A stretch of DNA of 56,037 nt from positions 1-56,037 of the forward strand of contig CAVVXT010000017.1 in assembly GCA_963752255.1 (NCBI GenBank), written 5' to 3'. This document shows positions 11,644 through 19,429 of this stretch, in pieces. The notes under the pieces are model-generated. The model saw only the letters and a list, made by a program, of their open reading frames with translations. It made no database searches and was not told where the DNA came from. The DNA is from Nitrososphaeria archaeon. Its GTDB lineage: Archaea; Thermoproteota; Nitrososphaeria; JACIWG01. Positions within the stretch are counted from its first letter, which is position 1. The number at the start of each line of letters is the position of its first letter. The position numbers and the translations under genes were made by a program.

Positions 11644-11932
11644 GCTCATACGTCCTGAGCGAACAGTCTAATCAAGGGCATTCGAACGGTTCATGCGCGT
11701 GCATCTACCACCATGGAGGTCGATGTCGGAAATCCGCTATTCGGAAGCACTTGAAGATGCTGTTTGCGCCCGAGGAAATGAACTTCGAGTCATCGAACCG
11801 AACACGATCTGTGGCTTGGGTAACTTAGCTACTGAAAGTCGAAGGGTTGACCTGAAACTTTCGGTTAAAAGCGGAAAGTGGGAGGCAAGAAGATAAGAAG
11901 ATCAGTTCTGAAGGAAAAAGGGGCGTGTGGGC
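11644..11932 (+). ncRNA. Candidate structured non-coding RNA (~290 nt), family unassigned
   Basis: GC-rich island in AT-rich intergenic DNA. The 5' end (11644-11656) and 3' end (11920-11932) form a 13-bp helix with four G-U pairs; nested helices follow; TATA-like AT tracts lie at 11610-11637. Confidence 0.5.
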
Positions 11933-11951
11933 CTCTAAAATAACTAAAAAT

Positions 11952-12335
11952 CTACTTATTAAAATTCTGATATAACTTATCGAGTTCTTCTTTAAGAATT
12001 CTATTTTCTATCACATCTGAGTATAATATCAAGATTTTTATCAGCTTTAGTATGTCTTTGTTTGAGCCATTTATAATATTGCTAAATTCTTCCTGACCCT
12101 TTGGAGTAATAATATACTTTGGATATCTCTCATTTTCCACTTCAAGTTTTTTTAAATAGTTTTTGGCTTCAAGCTCATTCGTGAGATAATATATTGAACC
12201 AGGGCTAGGTTGCCATAATCCGTCGGTTCTTTCCGATATTCTTTTTATGAGTGTTACTGCGGAGAGAGGTGCTCTTGAAGCTTCTTTGAGTAGAATTGCT
12301 TTAAGCAATCCTGTCGGCACATTTAAAGTCGCCAT
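11952..12335 (-). CDS. PadR-family transcriptional regulator
   Basis: WQPSPGSIYY..L and Y.ITPKG motifs. Confidence 0.85.
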   Translation of the reverse strand: MATLNVPTGLLKAILLKEASRAPLSAVTLIKRISERTDGLWQPSPGSIYYLTNELEAKNYLKKLEVENERYPKYIITPKGQEEFSNIINGSNKDILKLIKILILYSDVIENRILKEELDKLYQNFNK

Positions 12336-12417
12336 GCTATTTTTATGCGTTAAGGGGATAAAAAAGTTATGGAAAATTTCGAACTTACCTTATTAAGAAA
12401 TCTTAAATATCAATAAT

Positions 12418-12777
12418 TTGTGCAACCTTGAATATATGATAAAAGAAGATGTTGGCAAAGATAAATTGCCTTTGAAAGTAGTCAATTTAGCTAATTTAGT
12501 ATCATATCAGAAGGACGCAATAGTGAGTCATACTGTAATCGATAATGATGCTGGTTCAACAACTATTTTTGCCTTTGACAAGGGGCAGGGGTTGAATGAA
12601 CATAAAGTTCCATATGATGCGTTGATATACATTCTTGAAGGTGAAGCGTCTGTAACCATTTCCGATCGTTTGTTCAGATTAGAAGAAGAACAAATGGTCA
12701 CGTTACCGGGAAATACACCCCATTCCGTTAGAGCACCTAATAGGTTTAAGATGCTTCTTGTACTGATCAGATCTTGA
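12418..12777 (+). CDS. Cupin-domain protein
   Basis: FAFDKGQGLNEH, ILEGEA, PGNTPHSV. Confidence 0.85.
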   Translation: MCNLEYMIKEDVGKDKLPLKVVNLANLVSYQKDAIVSHTVIDNDAGSTTIFAFDKGQGLNEHKVPYDALIYILEGEASVTISDRLFRLEEEQMVTLPGNTPHSVRAPNRFKMLLVLIRS

Positions 12778-13083
12778 TTTTGTTTTTTTCTTTTACAGGA
12801 AGAAAAGTATTACCGCTAATGCAACTGCTAGAGCGAAAACTAGAATTAATATGAAAACTGGACAAAGAAATTTACAAATTGTGAAAATCTATAACGTTAA
12901 ATTTACATTTCACATTTGGAAATATCACGTGAAAAAGATAATGGATATTCCTTATTTTTGTTCTGCAATCTCCAGAGATGACCTTTTTTGCATTATCCAC
13001 AAAACAAAATAGCCAATGAAAGATTAAATAAAAATAGTAAAAACACTAACATGCTCTAATTGCATATCGTCGGCAAAAAAATT

Positions 13084-13377
13084 TTAGGCATACCATCTTG
13101 AAAATTGCATTGCATCTACTTTAAGAAGTTCCTTTGCTATTTCCTTAATTATTTCAAAATCAAAAACTTCATAAACATCATATTCTGCAACATAGTGAAT
13201 AAAGTCAACATACAATTTGTCTTCTAAAATATGCTGTGTTTCATCATCACCCTCGAGTAACTCTATTTCCTTTATCCTCTTTTTCACTTCTTCTAAATTA
13301 AATTGCCCTGTGAAAGTAGCCCTTAGTTTCTTCACTTCTTCTAACATTTTTTCCGTTTCAGCATACATTTTAATCAC
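13084..13377 (-). CDS. Viral hypothetical protein
   Basis: 97 aa ending D.E..H..ED.L...F.RWYA, a pattern I recall from phage hypothetical proteins. Confidence 0.6.
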   Translation of the reverse strand: MIKMYAETEKMLEEVKKLRATFTGQFNLEEVKKRIKEIELLEGDDETQHILEDKLYVDFIHYVAEYDVYEVFDFEIIKEIAKELLKVDAMQFSRWYA

Positions 13378-13473
13378 TATAATATCTTTTGTGTGCTAGT
13401 TAAGTCTTCAGCGAGAACCTCATCACATTTGTCCAGTCTTCGATGTTTTCTTTCATCACAAGACTTAACCACA

Positions 13474-13713
13474 CTACTTTTCTCCTCGTTTACAGTTTTT
13501 AGCTTTAGGAAGTCTGTAATAGATGGCTTCAATTTCAGCGACAAGAAGGTTAATGACAAGAACACCTTTTTCCTTTGGAATTTCAAGTTTAATGTAGTCG
13601 GTTGTAAGCTCTTTTAAAGTACCTTCATAGAATTTGCTATCAAGCCTAATATGCACCCTCAAAAATGTACCTTTAGGCAATTCACAGAGCAAATCCCAAA
13701 AATAGTTAGTCAT
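13474..13713 (-). CDS. Viral small beta-barrel protein (possible Sm/LSm-like fold)
   Basis: V.IRL...YEGTLKELTTDYIKL...INL.VAEIEAI pattern; overlaps upstream stop. Confidence 0.5.
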   Translation of the reverse strand: MTNYFWDLLCELPKGTFLRVHIRLDSKFYEGTLKELTTDYIKLEIPKEKGVLVINLLVAEIEAIYYRLPKAKNCKRGEK

Positions 13714-14051
13714 GGTGTATCAATTCCTCGCGCTGTGAAATTAAGAAAGTCTTGAAGATGCGTTCCGTAAAATCTGCAATGCCTAACCTTTCCTTTCTCA
13801 CTATGTAAAACGTCTATCTCAACTATTTTGTCTTTCGTGTACCTGAAATAAGTTCGCCCATCCTTACTACATTTGAGACAAATATGAATTCCCTGATAAA
13901 CCGTTTTCCTATCATGCTTTCTACAATCAAAGCAAAGTTCCCTTTTTGTCGTTGTCACGAAAGCATTACCGCATCTAGCACAGTTCTTATAAATCGAAGC
14001 ACTGTTAACATTCTTCCATTTCTCATTTAAAACTTCAGCATTCCAAGTCAT
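13710..14051 (-). CDS. Viral Zn-finger protein
   Basis: CARC..CFDC and CLKC..H..C motifs. Confidence 0.65.
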   Translation of the reverse strand: MTWNAEVLNEKWKNVNSASIYKNCARCGNAFVTTTKRELCFDCRKHDRKTVYQGIHICLKCSKDGRTYFRYTKDKIVEIDVLHSEKGKVRHCRFYGTHLQDFLNFTARGIDTP

Positions 14052-14152
14052 TTCTTGTCACCGTCAAGATATTTAACAAAGAACCACACGATAGCAAAAG
14101 CCACGATAAAGGCAATGACGAGATTTTTAACATTCAAATCAGGAAATGTCAT
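14048..14152 (-). CDS. Viral 34-aa single-TM protein (not in ORF track)
   Basis: MTFPDLNVKNLVIAFIVAFAIVWFFVKYLDGDKK; ATGA overlaps on both sides. Confidence 0.6.
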   Translation of the reverse strand: MTFPDLNVKNLVIAFIVAFAIVWFFVKYLDGDKK

Positions 14153-14316
14153 CTTATCAGTTCACCGCCGATTTTAAAAGACTTCTTGCAGTGTTTGCAT
14201 CTCCAAATCCTATTCCTGTAAAATTTGACAAGCAGTAGACCAAGACCTTCCTTCTTCGTTTTCGACCACTTCGCAAACATTATTTGACCACACTTAGGAC
14301 ACTTTGGGTTAGTCAA
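14149..14316 (-). CDS. Viral 55-aa Zn-ribbon protein (not in ORF track)
   Basis: TTG start after an AGGTGA SD; CPKC...CKHC. Confidence 0.65.
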   Translation of the reverse strand: MTNPKCPKCGQIMFAKWSKTKKEGLGLLLVKFYRNRIWRCKHCKKSFKIGGELIR

Positions 14317-14341
14317 TTTTGCTTCACCTTTCTAGCCTTCC

Positions 14342-14608
14342 TCACTTTGTGACCATGCGCCCTCTTGCAAAAAGGTGATATTTCCGCATCTCATTCGTCT
14401 GCACCTCATAGTTTTTGCATCCATAACAAAACCTGCACTTTTCGGTATTCTGATTTTTACATGTATCACAAGGAATCTCATTGAAAAAAGGTTCTTGCTC
14501 TTTTTCTGTCAAATCTTTCTTCTTGTTAGGCGTGTTGACTTCAACGCAGAGTGGAATAATTGAACGATGATAGCACATTTCATAGTTCGGGCATGTCTCA
14601 CAGGGCAT
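14342..14608 (-). CDS. Viral Cys-rich protein
   Basis: Two PCxTCxN..C repeats; overlaps the integrase stop. Confidence 0.6.
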   Translation of the reverse strand: MPCETCPNYEMCYHRSIIPLCVEVNTPNKKKDLTEKEQEPFFNEIPCDTCKNQNTEKCRFCYGCKNYEVQTNEMRKYHLFARGRMVTK

Positions 14609-15894
14609 TAAGAAGCACCTCTCTGTTTGAAGAATGCTTTAACGTCACCCTTGATCTTGTTAACTTTCGCGATGCTGAAGGTCAAATAGTACCTTTTCAG
14701 CGTGTCAACGTCAATCCATCCGACACCCATTAAGCCGATTCCTGCGTCACCGTCACCTGCGATCAGTTCAAGTGACACTTCCGCGCTTTGCCATAGAAGA
14801 TTAACATGAAGATGTCTCATTGTATGCGGTGTGATTTCGTCAAATCTTTTAGTTGGGAATAATTCCTTGCAAATTCCTTCAAACTTGTTAACAAGCAAGC
14901 AATACGCGCCATAAGGAATATCAAAGACAAATTCCGCATTCGGCTTTATTTCAACAACACTTGTTATGTTGTATTTGTGACCTTCCGAATTTCTAACATA
15001 TTTGTATTCAAGTCTTTCATGGTATTCTTTCAGCTTCAATATATCGTCTATGAGACTATCCCAAAAGAGATCAATAGGGCAATACTTCCACCAAATACCT
15101 TTCTTAACCTTGCTTTCGTATATGTCAACATTTTTGTTTTCAATGCTCATTTTATCCCATCGAATACCTAAAATTCCCCCCCTTGCTTCACCTTCGGTGA
15201 TCCTTGATCCTTCTCTGCAACCAAAAGTTAGGTGCGCCTTCAGCATTGTTCTTTCATAGAATGTTAGCCTTTCATCGTTTAATGCTCTTAAAATTTCTTC
15301 CGTAAAAAGTTCATAGCGTTTAACTTCAGTAATTTTGTAAGGTGTTGTTTCAACTTCGTCAATGCCTGTTTGAAAGTGTGGCGCAATAGCTCTTATTGAA
15401 ACAGTTGATCTATACTTCATATTATGCGATTTAAGTGAAGAAAGGTAAGTGTTCACATCAACTTTTGTCCAATTAGAAGGATTCTTGAAGCGTAGAAACT
15501 GAAAAGCTTTCTGTGCATCCTCTAAAACACTTGGATATTTTTTAAGCCCTTTAGCTCTAGCGTTAACAATGTACGATCTAACAGTTGGGTAAATGCTTTC
15601 ATATTCAATCCTTCCGTCAGGTAGTTTCTTTTTGGTATAAAGTGATTTAACACCACCTTCAGCCATGCCTTTTTTAAATTCTTCGTATTGCTTCACAATT
15701 TCAGGATCGAATTTAGGGTTTAATTTGTCAAGCTGTTTGTTTAACCATTCAATATTCCTCAAAGCTGTACTTACATCAACTGCTACACCAACTTCTTTAA
15801 CAGCTTCATTAAGACTTCTTAACTTAGATGCTTCCCTTGTGAGAAAATGTAGATACATTATTTGACTAATATCTAAAACTCTCGTTTTTGGCAT
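14608..15894 (-). CDS. Tyrosine recombinase/integrase with N-terminal HTH
   Basis: Catalytic R (FGCREG), K (ESKVK), HxxR (PHTMRH), W/Y (GW..VDTLKRYY). Confidence 0.85.
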   Translation of the reverse strand: MPKTRVLDISQIMYLHFLTREASKLRSLNEAVKEVGVAVDVSTALRNIEWLNKQLDKLNPKFDPEIVKQYEEFKKGMAEGGVKSLYTKKKLPDGRIEYESIYPTVRSYIVNARAKGLKKYPSVLEDAQKAFQFLRFKNPSNWTKVDVNTYLSSLKSHNMKYRSTVSIRAIAPHFQTGIDEVETTPYKITEVKRYELFTEEILRALNDERLTFYERTMLKAHLTFGCREGSRITEGEARGGILGIRWDKMSIENKNVDIYESKVKKGIWWKYCPIDLFWDSLIDDILKLKEYHERLEYKYVRNSEGHKYNITSVVEIKPNAEFVFDIPYGAYCLLVNKFEGICKELFPTKRFDEITPHTMRHLHVNLLWQSAEVSLELIAGDGDAGIGLMGVGWIDVDTLKRYYLTFSIAKVNKIKGDVKAFFKQRGAS

Positions 15895-16064
15895 TTTAAA
15901 ACCATCTTGACATCAACTTTGATTGCATATTTATATTAATCTTTCTATCATAAATGCCATAAATTGATACTATAATGCAACGTTGATAGCAAAATAAATT
16001 TAATCTTTTTCACAAAGAAAAGACTATGAAACGATGACATGAAGCAATAAAGTTTATTTAACCA
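15895..16064. promoter_or_regulatory. Divergent promoter region between integrase and RHH gene with operator-like motifs
   Basis: TTGACATCAA (15907-15916) and ATAATGCAA (15972-15980) also occur in the 25.1-25.5 kb control region; AT-rich TATA-like tracts. Confidence 0.5.
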
Positions 16065-16301
16065 TTGTTTTATAGCAAATCCATGTCAAAGGATGACAAG
16101 AACAAAAGGGAGAAAATAGTGCAGGAAAGTGTAAGACTGCCAAAATGGGCAATTGAAGAACTCGACATAATAGCAAACTATCTTAATTTTCCACGATCAT
16201 ACCTAATAAGACAATATATCTACGAAGGAATAAAGCGCAACCAAGAAGGAATACCTGCAAGTTTGTTTGAAAAAATCAAAAACAAAGAAGAAAAACAATA
16301 G
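16065..16301 (+). CDS. Ribbon-helix-helix (CopG-like) regulator, probable provirus repressor
   Basis: ESVRLPKWAIEELDIIA...RSYLIRQYI RHH pattern. It is the only convincing plus-strand gene in the element and is followed by a T-rich terminator-like tract. Confidence 0.75.
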   Translation: MFYSKSMSKDDKNKREKIVQESVRLPKWAIEELDIIANYLNFPRSYLIRQYIYEGIKRNQEGIPASLFEKIKNKEEKQ

Positions 16302-16335
16302 TTGGCAACCAATCTTTTTTTTATTTATTTTTTTA

Positions 16336-16551
16336 TTATATGAATAATCCGACTACGTAGCCGACGCCTAATCCTGCAAAAAACGTTGTCAGATCATACT
16401 CTAAAGTGTCGCCGTTATAGTACCACTCTGTGAACTGGTAGGTCACGTAGATCAGCGCGATTGACAGGGCTAAAACTTCCTCAGACTTCACAAAAAACCC
16501 TGAAGTTAAACCGAGAAGGAAATGCCAGTAGGGGAAAGGCATCAGATTCAC
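16336..16551 (-). CDS. Viral small membrane protein
   Basis: 71 aa, hydrophobic segments; last gene of the structural operon. Confidence 0.6.
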   Translation of the reverse strand: MNLMPFPYWHFLLGLTSGFFVKSEEVLALSIALIYVTYQFTEWYYNGDTLEYDLTTFFAGLGVGYVVGLFI

Positions 16552-16727
16552 TTATACCACTCCTTAAACTTCTTCGGATGATATTTCTTATAGTGCTTTC
16601 GAGTGGCTTCCAGGATCACATCTTTAGGAACATGCCAACTGTATTTTTTCCTGTCAAATCTTTTAATGACCTTACCGCAAGTAGTACAATGAATAACCTT
16701 CCAACGTGGCACTTCTCCCTTCGGCAT
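16548..16727 (-). CDS. Viral C2H2 Zn-finger protein, 59 aa (not in ORF track)
   Basis: MPKGEVPRWKVIHCTTCGK...RKHYKKYHPKK; GGTGA SD; overlaps next start. Confidence 0.7.
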   Translation of the reverse strand: MPKGEVPRWKVIHCTTCGKVIKRFDRKKYSWHVPKDVILEATRKHYKKYHPKKFKEWYK

Positions 16728-16731
16728 CTAA

Positions 16732-16869
16732 TCACCGTTTACGTTTCTTCGTGCCTTTCTTCCGTTCTTTATTCCACGCCTTTTTAAGTGCTTTAGCCAT
16801 AGAGAAACCTTCTTTCTTGTATTTCTGCGCTTTCTTCATTATTTTTTTCATTTTGCTTTTACTTGTCAT
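16732..16869 (-). CDS. Viral 45-aa highly basic protein (not in ORF track)
   Basis: MTSKSKMKKIMKKAQKYKKEGFSMAKALKKAWNKERKKGTKKRKR (21 of 45 K/R); GAGGTGA SD upstream. Confidence 0.7.
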   Translation of the reverse strand: MTSKSKMKKIMKKAQKYKKEGFSMAKALKKAWNKERKKGTKKRKR

Positions 16870-16896
16870 GTTTTTCACCTCGTTAAGACTTTTCAC

Positions 16897-17394
16897 CTAA
16901 AAAGAAGGCAAAGCCTTGTGACCGTAAGCACTTTCAATGAGATAAGCAACCGCAATGATCACCGCGATAACAATGACCGCGATAACAATGTATTCCGCGT
17001 ATGATCCCAATGTTTGAAAGTTCATCATCAGCTTCGACCAAAGGTCTTCAAGCCACCCTGTCGAAATGCCACCACCCAAGCCTGAAAAGTTAACGGTCAA
17101 AACCGCGTTCACGTTCTTTGTGTCTGAAACAAGCTGATCTAAAATGCCATAATCAATTTTCACCGATAAAAAATTGTCACCCTGCAAAACGTGACTTGTC
17201 ACATCACCCTGCCATGTCTTCGTATTTGTCGGTGAAACGATTAGATCGTTGAATTGAATTATGACTAGGTTGCTGTCTGCGGAAATGTTAAGGCTAGCAC
17301 TTGTTAAAGTGCCAATCCATGTGACAGGTGCTGATCCACTGAAGTCGGGTCCTTTCTCACTTTCCTTGATGATTTGAATGTTTTGATTTGTCAA
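16897..17394 (-). CDS. Viral beta-rich protein with C-terminal TM anchor
   Basis: 165 aa; C-terminal YIVIAVIVIAVIIAVAYLI. Confidence 0.65.
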   Translation of the reverse strand: MTNQNIQIIKESEKGPDFSGSAPVTWIGTLTSASLNISADSNLVIIQFNDLIVSPTNTKTWQGDVTSHVLQGDNFLSVKIDYGILDQLVSDTKNVNAVLTVNFSGLGGGISTGWLEDLWSKLMMNFQTLGSYAEYIVIAVIVIAVIIAVAYLIESAYGHKALPSF

Positions 17395-17610
17395 CTATCT
17401 CACTTTCACCCTTGTCTTCAAAATAGCTAGGTCTTCGCGGTTTGCTTGAACACAGTCTAGAACCTTGTTTGTTTGATTGAGCATTTGCGCCATTAACCAT
17501 ATTTGAACGTCATCTTTGTCAAATTTCCCTTCTTTCGAGTATTGATATAATTTTTCAGCAAGATCAGGCGCAAAACCTGCAATCAATGGAATAATCGTTT
17601 CAATGTTCAT
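17395..17610 (-). CDS. Viral hypothetical protein
   Basis: 71 aa, abuts neighbours in the operon. Confidence 0.6.
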   Translation of the reverse strand: MNIETIIPLIAGFAPDLAEKLYQYSKEGKFDKDDVQIWLMAQMLNQTNKVLDCVQANREDLAILKTRVKVR

Positions 17611-17615
17611 TTAGA

Positions 17616-18044
17616 TCACGCTATTATGAAGTAAGCCAATGCACCGAATATGATCAAAGCGATGACGATTGTTTGAATATTTAGACCGCTAGATGCTGAA
17701 GTGGTTGAAGTTGTTGGCGTTGTTGTTGCTGAAGTGGATGTTGTTGACGTTGCTGAAACTGTGCTTATCGGATATTGTGAAGCCTGACTTGTGCCTGAAG
17801 TCAATTGCGAAGTTGGCGTTGTTGAAGTGCTTGTTGATGTGACAGGTATAGGTATGCCACTAGGGTAAATTACGTTTGTTGAAGTTTTTACCGCATTAAG
17901 GGCAGGTGCATTGAATTGCCAATCGAAGTATTCTTGAAGTGAAGCCTTGCCACCTTCCGCTACATAGTCATTGTAAGAAGGCGCTTGCTGATTTTCCTGC
18001 ACATATTCGCTATACCATGACGAAACCCAACTTTCAATCGCCAT
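17616..18044 (-). CDS. Viral Ser/Thr-rich protein with C-terminal membrane anchor
   Basis: S/T linker then SGLNIQTIVIALIIFGALAYFIIA. Confidence 0.7.
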   Translation of the reverse strand: MAIESWVSSWYSEYVQENQQAPSYNDYVAEGGKASLQEYFDWQFNAPALNAVKTSTNVIYPSGIPIPVTSTSTSTTPTSQLTSGTSQASQYPISTVSATSTTSTSATTTPTTSTTSASSGLNIQTIVIALIIFGALAYFIIA

Positions 18045-18045
18045 A

Positions 18046-18690
18046 TCACTTCACTATGAAATATAGCAATGCACCGAATATAATCAAGGCAATGACGATC
18101 GTTTGAATAGGCAAGCCACTAGCTGAAGTCGTTGTTGCTGAAGGCGCGGTTGCTGAAGGCGTATAGCCACCACCACCTGCACCTGCGGAAGTTGCTGTTA
18201 ACCCTTGATTTGTTGACGTTGCTGAAGTTGAAACACTTGTTGTTGACAGATTAGTGTTCACGCTAGGTGCAACCGATTGCACAGTTTGACCTGAAACTGT
18301 CGTTGTAGCTGAAGGATTACCTAGTGCTATAAGAGATTGAAACAACGCCTGTGTCTGCGCGGTTGTCGGCGTTCCTGCAGGAACATTTATTGACATTGGC
18401 GTTGAAGCAACTACTGTGCCACTAACTACATTTGGCTCACCACTAGGCCAATATTGCACACCTGACAACAAAGCAAAACTGTCTGCTTCAACCCATGTTG
18501 CAATAACAGCTGTGCCAGATTGCGTTGGAGATTGCGCAACAAACTTATTCCAATGACCATAAGGCGCGTATGGCGTTCCTCTTGCCGTTATACAGGCCAA
18601 ATATGGAGTGCCTTTCGTTAACCCTGAAGCTATCCACTGTATTACTTGACCAACATCGTAATGACTACTATCTGTAATTATTGAAGGCAT
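18046..18690 (-). CDS. Viral Ser/Thr-rich protein with C-terminal membrane anchor (paralogous tail)
   Basis: Beta-rich N-domain, S/T linker, SGLPIQTIVIALIIFGALLYFIVK. Confidence 0.7.
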   Translation of the reverse strand: MPSIITDSSHYDVGQVIQWIASGLTKGTPYLACITARGTPYAPYGHWNKFVAQSPTQSGTAVIATWVEADSFALLSGVQYWPSGEPNVVSGTVVASTPMSINVPAGTPTTAQTQALFQSLIALGNPSATTTVSGQTVQSVAPSVNTNLSTTSVSTSATSTNQGLTATSAGAGGGGYTPSATAPSATTTSASGLPIQTIVIALIIFGALLYFIVK

Positions 18691-18700
18691 TTATTTCACC

Positions 18701-18955
18701 TCACACATTGTTGACGAAGCCAATTGTTTCACTTCTTGCACTCGTTTCTTTTAAGGCAAGCTGTCCAAAACTTATGCTTTCAGTTCTTCCCCTTGTTTCT
18801 TGAAGGTTAGCACCCCAAGCCTGCGTGCCACCACCGTTAATGAACAAGACTAATTCATTTCTCTGCACTATTTCAACAAGCGCGTAATTCCAAAAAGCGT
18901 TGCCTGATATGATGATCTTTTGGACCGTGTTATAAACTGAAGCAGCAAACGCCAT
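18701..18955 (-). CDS. Viral small beta-rich structural protein candidate
   Basis: 84 aa in the structural operon, abutting the upstream gene. Confidence 0.55.
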   Translation of the reverse strand: MAFAASVYNTVQKIIISGNAFWNYALVEIVQRNELVLFINGGGTQAWGANLQETRGRTESISFGQLALKETSARSETIGFVNNV

Positions 18956-19429
18956 CTAGAGCACCACCGCGAAGTAAACCTTGTCACCTGCGGAAGAATC
19001 AACAACGTAAGGTTGAGCTTCCGAAGAAACAGGTATTGAAAGCGCGTCATTAGCATTCAAAGGGTAGCCGTTGTCAATCGCGACCGTGCTGTCACCGATC
19101 CACATAGTGCTACTATTACTTTGACCTGCTCTCACTTGCACCTGCTTGCAATCTAGTGAAGGTGGCAAAAGTGCTTGAAGCTGACTTGCCGATTGTATAA
19201 CAACCTTCTTTGCTGAAAAGGTTGACCACCCTGCCAACTTTGTTATGATCGGTGAAGGGAAATTCACTTGTATTGCTGAAGGTTGCGAAAGTTGCTGATA
19301 AGTTGTGCTTGAAGGCACATAGACAGGTACTTTACCTTGCTTCGTGAATAAATAACCGATCAGCACCCCACCGACAAGTGCTGCTAATTCTGACATTTTA
19401 GCAAGCACCTTTCTAGGCGAATGCTGCAT
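18956..19429 (-). CDS. Viral protein with N-terminal TM and small jelly-roll-like domain (penton/vertex candidate)
   Basis: Likely start MSELAALVGG; V.VRA...N...MWIG...V....GYPL...D.LSIPV pattern typical of small viral beta-sandwiches. Confidence 0.55.
   Translation of the reverse strand: MQHSPRKVLAKMSELAALVGGVLIGYLFTKQGKVPVYVPSSTTYQQLSQPSAIQVNFPSPIITKLAGWSTFSAKKVVIQSASQLQALLPPSLDCKQVQVRAGQSNSSTMWIGDSTVAIDNGYPLNANDALSIPVSSEAQPYVVDSSAGDKVYFAVVL

Noticed and set aside
11693-11896. 67-aa ORF inside the GC-rich island
   Set aside because: No recognisable motif; base-pairing across and beyond the ORF better explains the sequence. Not fully excluded.
11644-11932. Assignment as SRP RNA or RNase P RNA
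   Set aside because: Size fits, but the SRP helix-8 motif and RNase P conserved regions I and V were not found.
12958-12976. Weak similarity to 25528-25545 (3' end of gluconokinase) as attL/attR
   Set aside because: Several mismatches and a gap in under 20 bp of AT-rich DNA; not distinguishable from chance.
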